A stretch of DNA of 47,909 bases from Planctomycetota bacterium (GTDB lineage: Bacteria; Planctomycetota; B15-G4; JADJEK01). The notes under the pieces were generated by a model, which was given only the letters and a program-made list of their open reading frames with translations, did not search any database and was not told the DNA's origin. Of this stretch, positions 26,846-37,292 are shown in pieces. The position numbers and the translations under genes were made by a program. Numbering within the stretch: position 1 is the first letter of the stretch; each line of letters begins with the position of its first letter. The stretch lies in NCBI GenBank assembly GCA_044225365.1, contig JBGAIQ010000044.1, positions 1 through 47,909 of the forward strand, in the 5' to 3' direction.

Positions 26846-29800
26846 ATGAGAGCGTCGCTGCTTTCGACTCTCGTGGCGGCGAGCGCAGGGTTCATCCCCT
26901 TCGCGTTCGCGCAGCCCGTTACGTCCCCGATCGATACTGCGATCCCGAATTCGCATATCACGTCCGGTTCATTCCACCGCCTCCTCGTGGCGAAGGACGA
27001 TCCCGCGATCGCGGTGATCGAGGAAATGAACGCGGCAGTCTATGTCGAGGACTACGCATCGTTCGCGATGGTGGTCGTCGACGAAACCAAGCTCGGTGGA
27101 CGCGAGGGCCTGCTCGCTCTCGGTCCGGCGATTCGTGACGATCTCGGGCTCGTCAACGTCAATGGCTACGCGCTCGACGGCGCCGACGCCGTCGCGAAGG
27201 CGAAGACACTCGCGCGAATCCCACTCGATCTGCGACAAGCGACGACGCCGCCCGCGGACGGTGAGAGTCGTCTCTACATCGTCCAGTTCACGGGCCCCGT
27301 GAAGGACGAGTGGCTCGCGGCGCTGAAGGCCACCGGCGCACACGTCATCACCTACATGGCGAACGACGCCTACGTCGTGAAGGTCGACCCCGTCGCGAAT
27401 GCCGCGCTCTCCGCGCTCGAACGCCTGCCGTTCGTGATGAGCAAGAGCGCATACGATCCCGCGATGAAGCTGCGTCCTGAACTGCGCCCGCCGTTCATCA
27501 GCAGCTCCGACACCTATCCGATCACGGTCCAGGTGATCGCGGACTCCGAAGGAATGGCCTTCGCGAATTCGTTCGCGAGCAAGGGCTACAAGGTCGTGGT
27601 CCAGCCCTGGACGGTGCTCGACTACATCAACGTCGGACTCGAGGTCAGCGGCAAGACCGTCCTCGAACTCGCCAAGGATCCGCACGTCTTCGCCGTCGAA
27701 TCGACCCTCACGCCGAAACTGTTCCGCTACGACGAGCGTCAGGGCGTGATCATGGCGGGCAACCTCAACGCTGCCGGAACGCAGCCGACGACCGCCGATT
27801 ACCTGAACTGGCTCGCGACGAAGGGACTCCCCGGCGCGGGAGGCGATCCGTTCAACTTCGTCGTCGACGTGACGGACGACGGCGTCGACAAGGGCAACAC
27901 CACGCAAGTGAACAACGAGTTCCGCGTCGACGGCAATGCGGCGAACGCGAGCCGCGTGGCGTACGCGTTCAACTACTCGGGCGACGCGACCGCCGACGGT
28001 GTTGCCGGCCACGGCAACATCAACGCGTCGATCATCGGCGGGTACAACAACCTGACCGGCACGGCGTACGAGGACTCGTTGCTCTACAACTACGGCCTCG
28101 GTATCGCGCCGTGGGTCCTTCTCGGCAACAGTAAGGTCTTCGCGAACTCCGGCTCGGGCGTGTTCAATCAGCCGACCGGCACGCGCATGCAGAACGCCTA
28201 CAATGCGGGTGCCCGCATCTCGAGCAACTCGTGGGGCTACACGACCGGCACGACCTACAACACCGATTCGCAGGCGCACGACTCCGCCGTCCGCGACGCC
28301 GCTCCGGGCACCGCGGGCAATCAGGAGCTGTCGATCGTGTTCGCGGCCGGCAACAGCGGCTCGGCGGCATCGACGGTCCATCCGCCGGGCACGGCGAAGA
28401 ACATCATCACGGTCGGTGCATCCGAGAACTACCGGCCGACGGGAACCGATGGTTGCGGCATCGCGAATACTGGCGCGGACAGCGCGCTCGACATCATCTC
28501 GTTCAGCTCCCGCGGTCCGACCAGCGACGGCCGCAAGAAGCCGGAGATCGTGGCGCCGGGCACGCACATCCAGGGCGCCGCGTCGCAGGCCACGGGATAC
28601 AACGGCACGGGCGTGTGCAATCAGTACTTCCCGGCCGGCCAGACGCTCTACGCCTGGTCCTCGGGCACGAGCCATTCGACGCCGGCGATCTCTGGCGCGG
28701 CGGCGCTCGTCCGGCAGTGGTACGGATTGAACGGCCTCGGCACGCCGAGTCCCGCGATGGTGAAGGCCGCGCTCATCACGAGCACGACGTATCTCACGGG
28801 CGTCGGCGCGAACGACACCTTGTGGTCGAACAGTCAGGGCTTCGGTCGCGTGAACATGGGGCGGGTTTTCGACTCGACGGCGAAGATTCGCGTCGATCAG
28901 AGCCAGGTCCTCGGCACGACGGGACAGACCTACACGGTGTCGGGCAACATCGCCGACGCCGGACAGCCGTTCCGCGTCACGTTGGTCTACACCGACGCGC
29001 CGGGTCCAACGACCGGCAATGCGACGGTCAACAACCTCGACCTCGAGGTGACCGTCAACGGCACGCTCTATCGCGGCAACGTCTTCAGCGGCGCGAACTC
29101 GGTCGCGGGTGGCGTCGCCGATGCGAAGAACAACACCGAATGCGTGTTCCTGCCGGCCGGCACGACGGGCTCGTTCTCGATCGTGGTGCGCGCGACGAAC
29201 ATCGCGGGCGATGGCGTCCCCGGCAACGGCGACACCACCGACCAGGACTTCGCACTCGTCGTCCACAACGGCAGTGCGGGCGCGCCGGTTCCCGACTACT
29301 CGCTGTCGGTCACTCCGGCGGCGCAGACGATCACGCAGGGCGGCTCCACGTCCTACACGGTGAACGTGGCGGGAGTGAACGGCTACGCGGGCACGGTGAA
29401 CCTCTCGGCTTCGCCTGCAATCTCGGGTGTGACGTATTCGTTCGCTCCGACGTCGATCACGGGAAGCGGCAGCGCGACGCTGACCGTCACCACGACCGGC
29501 ACGGCCGCGACGGGCACGAAAACGCTCACGATCACGGGCAACGACGGAACGCTCGTGCATACCGGTTCCGCGTCCCTCACGATCAACGCGCCGATCACCA
29601 GCGGCGGGATCAAGACCGCGAGCGCCTCGCCCGCGGCGGCGATCCCCGACAACAACGCGACGGGCGTCGCGAGCACGATCGCGATCGCGGACTCGCTCAC
29701 GATCAGCTCGATCTCGGTGACGACGGGCATCACGCATGCGGCGAAGGGCAACCTCACCGTCACGCTGACCGGCCCGGACGGGACGAGCGCCATCCTCCAC

Positions 29801-30352
29801 AACAAGACGGGTGGAGCCACGGCGAATCTCAATACGACGTTCGCCATCGCGACGGCGCCGGCTCAGGCGCTCACGGTGTTCAATGGCAAGAGCACCGCGG
29901 GCAACTGGACGCTCCGCGTGACGGATACGACTGCGGGCAGCACCGGTACCTTCAACTCGTGGACGATCACCTTCAACGGTGAGCAGTCCCTGAGTCCGGC
30001 GCTCGCGATCCCCGACAACAACACGACGGGCGTGACGAGCACGATGAACTTCGCGCAGACGGGCCTCGTGGCCTCGGTGCGCGTCGCCGTGAACATCACG
30101 CACACCTGGAAGGGTGACCTCGAAGTGTCACTCATCGCCCCCGACGGAACGACCGTGATCCTTCACAACCGTACGGGCAGCTCGACGGACAACGTGATCA
30201 CGGAGTATCCGGATCTCACGGCGTCCGCGCAGTCGCTCGCGGTACTGAACGGCAAGCAGATCAACGGCGCCTGGAAGCTCAAGGTGCGCGACCTCGCTGC
30301 GGCGGACGTCGGAACGTTGAACTCCTGGACGCTGTCGCTCGGCGCCCAGTAA
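26846..30352 (+). CDS. Secreted S8 subtilisin-like serine peptidase with Ig-like region and two proprotein-convertase P domains
   Basis: RBS GAGGAG, signal peptide, VTDDG (Asp), GHGNINAS (His), FAAGNSG, TAKNIITVGA, FSSRGP, SGTSHSTP (Ser). Two AIPDNN..GxWxLxVxD P-domain repeats. Confidence 0.9.
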   Translation: MRASLLSTLVAASAGFIPFAFAQPVTSPIDTAIPNSHITSGSFHRLLVAKDDPAIAVIEEMNAAVYVEDYASFAMVVVDETKLGGREGLLALGPAIRDDLGLVNVNGYALDGADAVAKAKTLARIPLDLRQATTPPADGESRLYIVQFTGPVKDEWLAALKATGAHVITYMANDAYVVKVDPVANAALSALERLPFVMSKSAYDPAMKLRPELRPPFISSSDTYPITVQVIADSEGMAFANSFASKGYKVVVQPWTVLDYINVGLEVSGKTVLELAKDPHVFAVESTLTPKLFRYDERQGVIMAGNLNAAGTQPTTADYLNWLATKGLPGAGGDPFNFVVDVTDDGVDKGNTTQVNNEFRVDGNAANASRVAYAFNYSGDATADGVAGHGNINASIIGGYNNLTGTAYEDSLLYNYGLGIAPWVLLGNSKVFANSGSGVFNQPTGTRMQNAYNAGARISSNSWGYTTGTTYNTDSQAHDSAVRDAAPGTAGNQELSIVFAAGNSGSAASTVHPPGTAKNIITVGASENYRPTGTDGCGIANTGADSALDIISFSSRGPTSDGRKKPEIVAPGTHIQGAASQATGYNGTGVCNQYFPAGQTLYAWSSGTSHSTPAISGAAALVRQWYGLNGLGTPSPAMVKAALITSTTYLTGVGANDTLWSNSQGFGRVNMGRVFDSTAKIRVDQSQVLGTTGQTYTVSGNIADAGQPFRVTLVYTDAPGPTTGNATVNNLDLEVTVNGTLYRGNVFSGANSVAGGVADAKNNTECVFLPAGTTGSFSIVVRATNIAGDGVPGNGDTTDQDFALVVHNGSAGAPVPDYSLSVTPAAQTITQGGSTSYTVNVAGVNGYAGTVNLSASPAISGVTYSFAPTSITGSGSATLTVTTTGTAATGTKTLTITGNDGTLVHTGSASLTINAPITSGGIKTASASPAAAIPDNNATGVASTIAIADSLTISSISVTTGITHAAKGNLTVTLTGPDGTSAILHNKTGGATANLNTTFAIATAPAQALTVFNGKSTAGNWTLRVTDTTAGSTGTFNSWTITFNGEQSLSPALAIPDNNTTGVTSTMNFAQTGLVASVRVAVNITHTWKGDLEVSLIAPDGTTVILHNRTGSSTDNVITEYPDLTASAQSLAVLNGKQINGAWKLKVRDLAAADVGTLNSWTLSLGAQ

Positions 30353-30373
30353 TCGATCGCACGCCGAATCGAT

Positions 30374-30410
30374 GACGGGCGGAGAGAGCCGAGGGTTCTC
30401 TCCGCCCGTC
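30374..30410 (+). terminator. Strong stem-loop, probable intrinsic terminator
   Basis: GACGGGCGGAGAGA...TCTCTCCGCCCGTC inverted repeat about 20 nt after the S8 stop. The U-tract is weak. Confidence 0.7.
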
Positions 30411-30452
30411 GCTCTTGCAGGCCACGACCTGAGCGCCGGCCTCGCAAACTCG

Positions 30453-30461
30453 TGTTACACT
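30453..30461 (+). promoter_or_regulatory. Extended -10 promoter (TGTTACACT)
   Basis: TGnTAnnnT just after the terminator and upstream of the gene at 30648. Confidence 0.45.
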
Positions 30462-30647
30462 GTCCGCGCGCACGCACTGCGTGCGATGAGTGAGTCGAAC
30501 TTCAGGCCGTTCCGACGAACGAACGACATCCGCGACCGTTGACACGCGACGCTCTCCGGCGTGAGAACCAAGAGCGCGTGTGGAAGCGGCATGTCGATCG
30601 GGTGCGACGTATGAAGTTCTCGCACCGTTCTCAGGAAGAGAGATCCG

Positions 30648-32162
30648 ATGCAGCGCGCACCCGACGTCCACACCGTCGAAGCGAAGGCTGTCGAGTCGCG
30701 ATTCGCGTCTCGCGCCCGTTTCCTCATGGTCGTATTCAGCATCGTCGTTGCGGTGATCGCGGTGGAGTCCGCGCGTGGCCGCCAGTCACCGGTGATCCCG
30801 AAGCCGGTGATCCACGCCTCGATCGGTCTCGTCACGATCGGCGACGGGGTGAATAGTCACGGCCTCTTCGACATCACGGACTTCCTGCTGAACCAACTAC
30901 CCGATACGGCGCAGGCACTCGACGTCGCGTTCAACAGGTCGTCGCGAGTCGTGTTCCTCGCCGGGACGTTTCCGTTCCAACGACCGTTCCAGAGTTCTCG
31001 CAGCTCGATCGCCATCGAAGCCGATCCGGCCGCGCGCTTCGTTCCCGCGAACAGCAAGACGGTCGGTCTGTTCGACCTCACGGGCAACGACGTGTCGATC
31101 ACGGGAATCCACCTCGACGTGACCCAGGCGATCCCGTCGCAGACGGCGATCCGTTTCACGGGGAAGAACGCGGCCGTTCGCAACTGCAAGTTCGAGGTCA
31201 GCACTGCGAACGGCACCGCGGCGCAGCCGATGGTGGTGCTGAAGTTCGAAGGCGCGGTACGAAAGTCCGTCACCGGGAATCTCTGGCTACCGAATGCGGG
31301 CGTCGTGTGCCTGCAGTCGATCGACGGCAATGGACTCCAGTTCATCGGCAACGAGATCAGCAACGGCGTCGACGGCGGCTTTCCGGAAGGTTTCTCCACG
31401 CGCTCGTGCTTCCGCGGAGTCGACCTGGTGCGCGAGGAGTGGTCGACGCTCACGAGCAACAAGTTCTTCGGGCTTGGACTGCCGAGCGTCGACAAGGTGG
31501 AGTCGATCCTGCGGTATCAGGGCGACACGACCACCGAGGCGGGTCACATCGTCATCGCGTCGAATCTCTTCGAGGCGATCGCATCCGATCACATGATCTG
31601 GTTGCGGGGATGCCAGTGGTTCGACATCTCGAGCAACATCATCGGCCCGGCGACTTCGTTCCCCGATCAGGCGGGCGAAGCGGCGCTCACGATCGTGGGT
31701 GAGGACGGCGCGGACGGTGGCCAGCCATCGGGCGGCGGGATCATCTGCGGAAACGACATCCACAACTCCGCGGAGTCCGGGAGCGATGGTTCCGCGATCT
31801 ACCTCGAGGCCGCGGGCTGCGTCTCGATCACGAGCAACAACTTCGAATACCAGCGCGAGAAATACGTCGTGCGCGTCGATTCGAATACGTGTCCGCAGTT
31901 GACGGTCCAGAACAACCGCTTCATGGGCTACGCCGCGTCGGGCAACACACCGATCAGTCCATTGTTCTTCAGCAACGAAGCGGCGAACGGGATCGTGGTG
32001 GGTCAGAACTCGTTCAGCGGATTCATCGGCGGCATCGTCACGGGGAATCCAAGCGGGGTAAAGGTCTTCCTCGCCGGGCTCATGGACACGACCACCAAGG
32101 CGCCACCGACCGGCTCGACGCTCATTCAGAACCTGACGACGAACGTGAAGACGTCGCCGTAG
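30648..32162 (+). CDS. Exported right-handed beta-helix repeat protein (pectin-lyase-like)
   Basis: N-terminal hydrophobic segment and repeated strand-turn motifs (VTGNL, IGNEI, TSNKF, ASNLF, SSNII, CGNDI, QNNRF). Start may be 30726. Confidence 0.75.
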   Translation: MQRAPDVHTVEAKAVESRFASRARFLMVVFSIVVAVIAVESARGRQSPVIPKPVIHASIGLVTIGDGVNSHGLFDITDFLLNQLPDTAQALDVAFNRSSRVVFLAGTFPFQRPFQSSRSSIAIEADPAARFVPANSKTVGLFDLTGNDVSITGIHLDVTQAIPSQTAIRFTGKNAAVRNCKFEVSTANGTAAQPMVVLKFEGAVRKSVTGNLWLPNAGVVCLQSIDGNGLQFIGNEISNGVDGGFPEGFSTRSCFRGVDLVREEWSTLTSNKFFGLGLPSVDKVESILRYQGDTTTEAGHIVIASNLFEAIASDHMIWLRGCQWFDISSNIIGPATSFPDQAGEAALTIVGEDGADGGQPSGGGIICGNDIHNSAESGSDGSAIYLEAAGCVSITSNNFEYQREKYVVRVDSNTCPQLTVQNNRFMGYAASGNTPISPLFFSNEAANGIVVGQNSFSGFIGGIVTGNPSGVKVFLAGLMDTTTKAPPTGSTLIQNLTTNVKTSP

Positions 32163-32169
32163 GGCCGGT

Positions 32170-32178
32170 TGATATCCT
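32170..32178 (+). promoter_or_regulatory. Extended -10 promoter (TGATATCCT)
   Basis: TGnTAnnnT upstream of the multi-thioredoxin gene. Confidence 0.45.
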
Positions 32179-32293
32179 CTGCGGAGTCCGCGACCGGCGC
32201 TTCCGCGTCGTCGCTGCGCTCCTTCGCCGACCTCGCGTCCAACGCATCCTCGAGGTCGCGATCCTCCTCACGAATCCAAGATCGGATGGGTCG

Positions 32294-35218
32294 ATGATCC
32301 TGCAGGCCAAACTCCTACGGTCCATCCTCGCGGCGTTGCTCTTCGCAGTTCCAAGCGTTCGCCTCGCGGCTCAGGAGTCGGCGCTCCTGCAGGCCGGCGT
32401 GGCGGCTCCCAACTTCGAGTCCGTCGATCTCTCCGGCAAGGAGATCGCTCTCTCGAGCTTTGCGGGAAAGGTCGTGGTCCTCGACTTCTGGGCGACGTGG
32501 TGCGGTCCGTGCATCCAGTCGTTGCCCCACGTGCAGGAGGTGGCGAAGGAGCAGAAGGCGAACGGGGTCGTGGTGCTCGCGGTCTGCACCAGCGACACGC
32601 GTGCGCGCTACGAAGCGTGGATGAAGGATCACGCCGGGAAGTACCCCGACATCGTCTTTTCCTGCGATCCGTTCGATCGCGGCAGCAAGCAGTTCGACGA
32701 TCGAGCATCGTCGAAGCTCTATCACGTCGGCGGCCTGCCGACCAAGTTCGTGATCGGCAAGGACGGCAAGATCGCGATGAGCATCGTCGGCGGCGACGAT
32801 CAGGACGTTCGGCTCGAGGCCGGGCTGAAGCGCGCGGGGATTCCGATCGAGTCGCAAACGGCACAGCGGGGCGAAGAGCAGGCGCGAAAGGCCGCCGAAG
32901 AAGAAGCGGCTCTCGCCGCGGAGCTCGCCGCGAATCCCCGACCGTCGTTCATGATTCAGCTCGGCGCATTGAAGACGGGTGAAGCGGTCCCCGACTTCGC
33001 GCTCGTCGGCGCCGATGGCAAGGAGTTCACGCTCGCTTCCCTACGCGGCAAACCACTCGTGATCGCGGTCTCGTGGCACGAGATCGTGCCCATGGACAAG
33101 CTCGACGAAATCGCTCGCCGCTACGGCGGCTACGGTGTGCGGACCCTCGAGGCGATGGTCTTCACGTCTCGTCCGGACTTCAAGGGCTGGATCGAGGCGA
33201 ATCCTGGCGAGCACACGTTCCATCTCGGCGTCGACCCGATGGGCAAGTTCGAAGGCAACCCGGCGACGACGACGCAAGAGGAACGGATGGCGTTCCACGA
33301 GAAGACCGTCGTCGCCAAGTTGTTCGGTTCCGGCATGTATCCCGGGATGCCGATCGGACTCGTCATCGATCGCGAAGGGCGATTCGTCGGCGGCTTCTCG
33401 TTCGGGAGCGAGATGAACGAAGGCGTCTCGAACTTGCTCCTCCGCGCCGGAGTCGCGCTCGATGCGAAGGACGAGCCGGTCAAGATTGCTTCCGCGGCGG
33501 ACTTCGTGATCGCGCCGCCACCGCCGCCGGAGGCGCCGGTCGAGCGTCTCGCGGTGGGAGCGGTCGCGCCCGATTTCGAAGCACAAGACCTCGAGGGGCG
33601 AACCGTGAAGCTGTCGGACTTCTCGGGCAAGATCATCGTTCTCGACTTCTGGGCAACGTGGTGCGGCCCGTGCAAGGCCTCACTGCCTCACACGCAGGAA
33701 GTGGCTTCGAAGTACAAGGACCAGGGCGTGGTCGTGCTCGCGAACTGCACCAGCGATGCGCGCAAATCGTTCGAAGTTTGGGTGCGGGCGAAGCAGGGCG
33801 ACTATCCCGACATCGTCTTCACGCACGACAAGGCCGAGAAGGGCGAAGGGCGCGCCTCGCACGCTCTGTATGGCGTTGGCGGCATTCCGCAGCAGTTCGT
33901 GATCGGCAAGGACTTCAAGGTCAAGGCGATCGTCGACGGCTACGCCGCAGGAGAGGTCCTGCTCGAGGGTGCGATCGCGAAGGCGGGCGTCACGGTCGAT
34001 CCTGCGACGCTCGAGAAGGCCGAGGCCGACCAGCGGAAGCGGGATGCTGATTCGACGCGCAATGCGAAGAAGTCGACTGCAGCGGTGAGTATGGCGGGGA
34101 GCGTGGCGTTGGCACCCGTCGCCGAGATAGCGGCTCCTTCCAACCTGATCGGCAAGACACCTCCGCCGTGGAAGGTCGCCAAGTGGGTGAAGGGACAGCC
34201 GATCACCGAGTTCGAGAAGGGCAAGGTCTTCGTGGTCGACTTCTGGGCGACGTGGTGCGGACCGTGCAAGGCAGCGATTCCGCACCTCACGGAGCTCAGC
34301 AAGCAATTCGAAGGCAAGGTCGAGGTCATCGGAGTCAGCATCTCGGAGCGGCAGAAGGACCCGAGCGACACGTCGTACATCGACCTGGTTCAGCAGTTCG
34401 TCGACAAGCAGGGCGATCGCATGGCCTACCGAGTCGCCGTCGACACTCCCGACAAGGCGATGTACACGACGTGGTTCAAGCCGACGGGTACCGGCGGGAT
34501 CCCGACCGCGTACATCATCGATGCGAAGGGCCTCGTCGCGTGGACGGGAATTGGCGACCCCAAGGTCGTGCAGCGCATCGTCGAGGCGGTGCTCGCCGGG
34601 ACGTTCGACCCGAAGCAGGAAGCGGAGCTGCAGGCGAAGCTCGAGGCGGAGGCGCAGCAACGTGCTGCGGCCGACATCGCGAAGGCGCGCGAGTCGGGGA
34701 ACGCGGCCGATGAAAAGGTCCCCGGATATCGCGCGGCGATGGAGCGCGGTGACACGGCCGCGGCGCTCGCGGCGCTCGACGCGGCGTTCGCGGCCGATCC
34801 CAAGCTCGAAGCGACGGGGCCCTATCAGTGGAAGTTCATGCTCCTGCTGCGTTGCAACAAGCCGGACGAAGTGGATGGCTACGTGCGCGACCTCTTGAAG
34901 CGCATGCCCGACGACGACGACGTGATCGGATTTGCGTCGGCCTGCATCGTGGCCTGTAGCGAGGATGCCCCGCGCTTCGACCCACGCCTCGCACTCGAGT
35001 GCGCGCAGAAGACTTTGAATGCTGCGAAGCCGGACAGCCGTTGGCAACAGTTCGCGCGCTGGCGCCTCGGATGGGCCCTGTATCACACGGGGGACAAGGC
35101 GAACGCGATCGTCCAGATGAAACAGGCGCGCGACGATGTGAACCGGTTGAAGGACAAGATCGACTTCGGCGATCTCGGACAGGAGTGCGAGGACGCCCTG
35201 CGTTCGTTCGCGAAGTGA
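32294..35218 (+). CDS. Secreted multi-domain TlpA/redoxin protein (3 WCGPC domains, 1 degenerate domain, helical C-terminus)
   Basis: Signal peptide; DFWATWCGPC three times; a fourth redoxin-like unit (PDFALVGADGKEFTLASLRGK) without CxxC. Confidence 0.88.
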   Translation: MILQAKLLRSILAALLFAVPSVRLAAQESALLQAGVAAPNFESVDLSGKEIALSSFAGKVVVLDFWATWCGPCIQSLPHVQEVAKEQKANGVVVLAVCTSDTRARYEAWMKDHAGKYPDIVFSCDPFDRGSKQFDDRASSKLYHVGGLPTKFVIGKDGKIAMSIVGGDDQDVRLEAGLKRAGIPIESQTAQRGEEQARKAAEEEAALAAELAANPRPSFMIQLGALKTGEAVPDFALVGADGKEFTLASLRGKPLVIAVSWHEIVPMDKLDEIARRYGGYGVRTLEAMVFTSRPDFKGWIEANPGEHTFHLGVDPMGKFEGNPATTTQEERMAFHEKTVVAKLFGSGMYPGMPIGLVIDREGRFVGGFSFGSEMNEGVSNLLLRAGVALDAKDEPVKIASAADFVIAPPPPPEAPVERLAVGAVAPDFEAQDLEGRTVKLSDFSGKIIVLDFWATWCGPCKASLPHTQEVASKYKDQGVVVLANCTSDARKSFEVWVRAKQGDYPDIVFTHDKAEKGEGRASHALYGVGGIPQQFVIGKDFKVKAIVDGYAAGEVLLEGAIAKAGVTVDPATLEKAEADQRKRDADSTRNAKKSTAAVSMAGSVALAPVAEIAAPSNLIGKTPPPWKVAKWVKGQPITEFEKGKVFVVDFWATWCGPCKAAIPHLTELSKQFEGKVEVIGVSISERQKDPSDTSYIDLVQQFVDKQGDRMAYRVAVDTPDKAMYTTWFKPTGTGGIPTAYIIDAKGLVAWTGIGDPKVVQRIVEAVLAGTFDPKQEAELQAKLEAEAQQRAAADIAKARESGNAADEKVPGYRAAMERGDTAAALAALDAAFAADPKLEATGPYQWKFMLLLRCNKPDEVDGYVRDLLKRMPDDDDVIGFASACIVACSEDAPRFDPRLALECAQKTLNAAKPDSRWQQFARWRLGWALYHTGDKANAIVQMKQARDDVNRLKDKIDFGDLGQECEDALRSFAK

Positions 35219-35234
35219 CGAGGCGCTGCGTTCG

Positions 35235-35843
35235 TCACGAACCGCGCGCGGTTTGTTCGTTCCATCGCACCACGACTTGCCTCGAGTGTTCGTGACCGAG
35301 CACGGAGAGCGTCGCGGTATCGAGGAAGAACGAACTGCCGCGCTCCGGTGGAAGGCCGATCCAGCGTGCGACGAGGACCCGCAGCACGTGACCGTGCGCG
35401 AAGCAAAGGGCGTCGCCTTCGATCTTGGCGAGCCTCGCGAGCACGCGATCGACGCGCGTTGCGACGTCGAGCGGGGCTTCGCCGCCCGGGCAACCGTCAG
35501 TCCAGAGGTTCCACTTCGGATCGAACGATTCGTGGATCGTCGCCGTGGTGAGTCCTTCGTACTTGCCGTAGTTCCATTCCGCGAGATCGTCGTCGATCGC
35601 GATGGCAACTCGAGGTAGCGCGAGCTCCGCCGTCTCTCTCGCGCGTCGTCGCGGGCTGGAGAGGAACGCCGCGAACTTCCAATTCGCGAGAGAGGGCACG
35701 AGACGCGAGGCAGCGAGCCGACCGCTCTCCGTCAGCTCGAGATCGGTGAACGACGTGTGTCGCCGCGTACGGCTCCACTCGGTCTCACCGTGTCGGACGA
35801 GGACGAGGTTGGCGACCATCGCGAGCTCCTTCGATCGATTCAC
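35235..35843 (-). CDS. Histidine phosphatase (phosphoglycerate mutase-like) family protein
   Basis: LVRHGETEWS, SSPRRRARET, EWNYGKYEG, AHGHVLR. Start may be ATG 35819. Confidence 0.9.
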   Translation of the reverse strand: MNRSKELAMVANLVLVRHGETEWSRTRRHTSFTDLELTESGRLAASRLVPSLANWKFAAFLSSPRRRARETAELALPRVAIAIDDDLAEWNYGKYEGLTTATIHESFDPKWNLWTDGCPGGEAPLDVATRVDRVLARLAKIEGDALCFAHGHVLRVLVARWIGLPPERGSSFFLDTATLSVLGHEHSRQVVVRWNEQTARGS

Positions 35844-35871
35844 GGGATCATGGGGCCGGCGGACTCGACAT

Positions 35872-37158
35872 TCAGTCCGCCGTGAGGTCCACGGTATGCG
35901 ACGAGCCGGTTGCTTCGTCGATGAAGACGCAGAGGTCGGGACGTGAACTCAATGGCTCCGTCCTCGTGGCGTAGCCGGTGAAGACGAGGGTGCCCTTTCC
36001 GTCCGAAAGCAGACCCGGGTCGCAGAGTCCGGTCGATCGCGACCAGCGGACTCGTCCATCGAGTCCGAGGCGAGTGACGATCCAGGGACTGTTCGCGCCC
36101 AACTCGTTCTTGTGGATCACGAAGTACGACTCGCCGGAATCGGGCGTCCAGAGCGCGCGCGAGTTCGGTCGCCGGAGGAAGCCCGCCATCACGAAGCGAT
36201 CGCCGCTCACCGCGGCGACCGCGGCGGGATCGAGCAGGACTTCATCGCGGTCGAGCAGCGGATGGTTGTTCCAGACGAACTTCGCGGAGTAGAGCGATCG
36301 CGCGACCTCGCCGTAGGGATGGCCGTCCACCCCTGGTTCCTTCGTCAACGCCTTGCGTTCGTCCGACGAGAGCAGCGCAAACCAACGATCGTCCCGCGTC
36401 AGGGATTTCGAGAGCCAGCCGCTGATCGATGTGCAGGAGAGCGATTTCGCTCCGGGCTGAAGTTGATCGAATGCGTCGCTCGCGCGCTTCGAGCCGGACA
36501 GGCTTCCGAGCCTCGTCTCGTCGATCTCGCGAATGTCGCCCGTGGCCGAATCGACGCTCAGGTAGCGGGTGTCCTTCGCCTTCATCACGAGGCGATCGAC
36601 GGGTGCGAGGACCTTGAAGTACTTTGCGTCCACGGGCAGGACGTTCGCGAACTCGGGGTTCGATCGAGAGAGTACCGGCAGAGTCCATCGTTTCTCGAGA
36701 CTCTCGAGATCACGACCTTCGAGTCCGCGATTCCACATCCAGAGCACGTCGCCCTGGAGACCGAGGATCTCCGGCGAACCGCTCGGCGACGAGTCATCGA
36801 TGCGGGCGAGTTCGATCGAAGCGGCTCCGCCGCCGTCCGCGGCCGAGCGCGAGTGGAGGGCGTAGAGGGCGAAATTCACGGAGTACCAATCCTCGCCCGC
36901 ACCGCGGCCCGGGAACCGCCGCTCCCAGCGCTCTTCCTGCGTGACGTAGTAGATTCGCGGCGCGATCGAGGGATCGCGGCTCGCGGTGAAGACGCTGCCG
37001 ATCAATCGAGGCGGCGAGACGCGGCCGCCATCGGGAAGCATGGCGATCCCGCCCGCGATCAGGAGCGCGAGGACGAACAGGATGAGAGCCCAGTTCGGAC
37101 CGCGCGCGTTTCGAGGATTCGACTCGAGATCGGGGGTGGGATCCTCGGGTGTGAGCAT
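35872..37158 (-). CDS. Membrane-anchored hypothetical protein (possibly PA2928-like)
   Basis: Single N-terminal TM and a beta-rich exported domain. The family resemblance is from memory only. Confidence 0.65.
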   Translation of the reverse strand: MLTPEDPTPDLESNPRNARGPNWALILFVLALLIAGGIAMLPDGGRVSPPRLIGSVFTASRDPSIAPRIYYVTQEERWERRFPGRGAGEDWYSVNFALYALHSRSAADGGGAASIELARIDDSSPSGSPEILGLQGDVLWMWNRGLEGRDLESLEKRWTLPVLSRSNPEFANVLPVDAKYFKVLAPVDRLVMKAKDTRYLSVDSATGDIREIDETRLGSLSGSKRASDAFDQLQPGAKSLSCTSISGWLSKSLTRDDRWFALLSSDERKALTKEPGVDGHPYGEVARSLYSAKFVWNNHPLLDRDEVLLDPAAVAAVSGDRFVMAGFLRRPNSRALWTPDSGESYFVIHKNELGANSPWIVTRLGLDGRVRWSRSTGLCDPGLLSDGKGTLVFTGYATRTEPLSSRPDLCVFIDEATGSSHTVDLTAD

Positions 37159-37292
37159 TCAGTTCTCTCGATCGAGCCGCTCGTCTTGGGCGAACGAGTA
37201 CCTTACCGCGCGGCTCGAGCGCGCGCGTTCGGCTTCCGGCACTTCCGATCGGGCGGCGGCGTGACCTCGCGAGCGGCCCTGAGTTCGAGCGC

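Noticed and set aside
631-30103. Long antisense or alternate-frame ORFs (e.g. 631-2625, 8909-11917, 16007-18769, 19143-21647, 26969-30103)
   Set aside because: They are Arg/Ala-rich shadows of well-supported genes, expected in high-GC DNA with few stop codons, and carry no motifs.
30648-32162. Sixth carrier of the shared C-terminal domain (ends in TSP like the two paralogs)
   Set aside because: It lacks the LVP, DxxG, Gln and SNA pattern. The three-residue match is probably chance.
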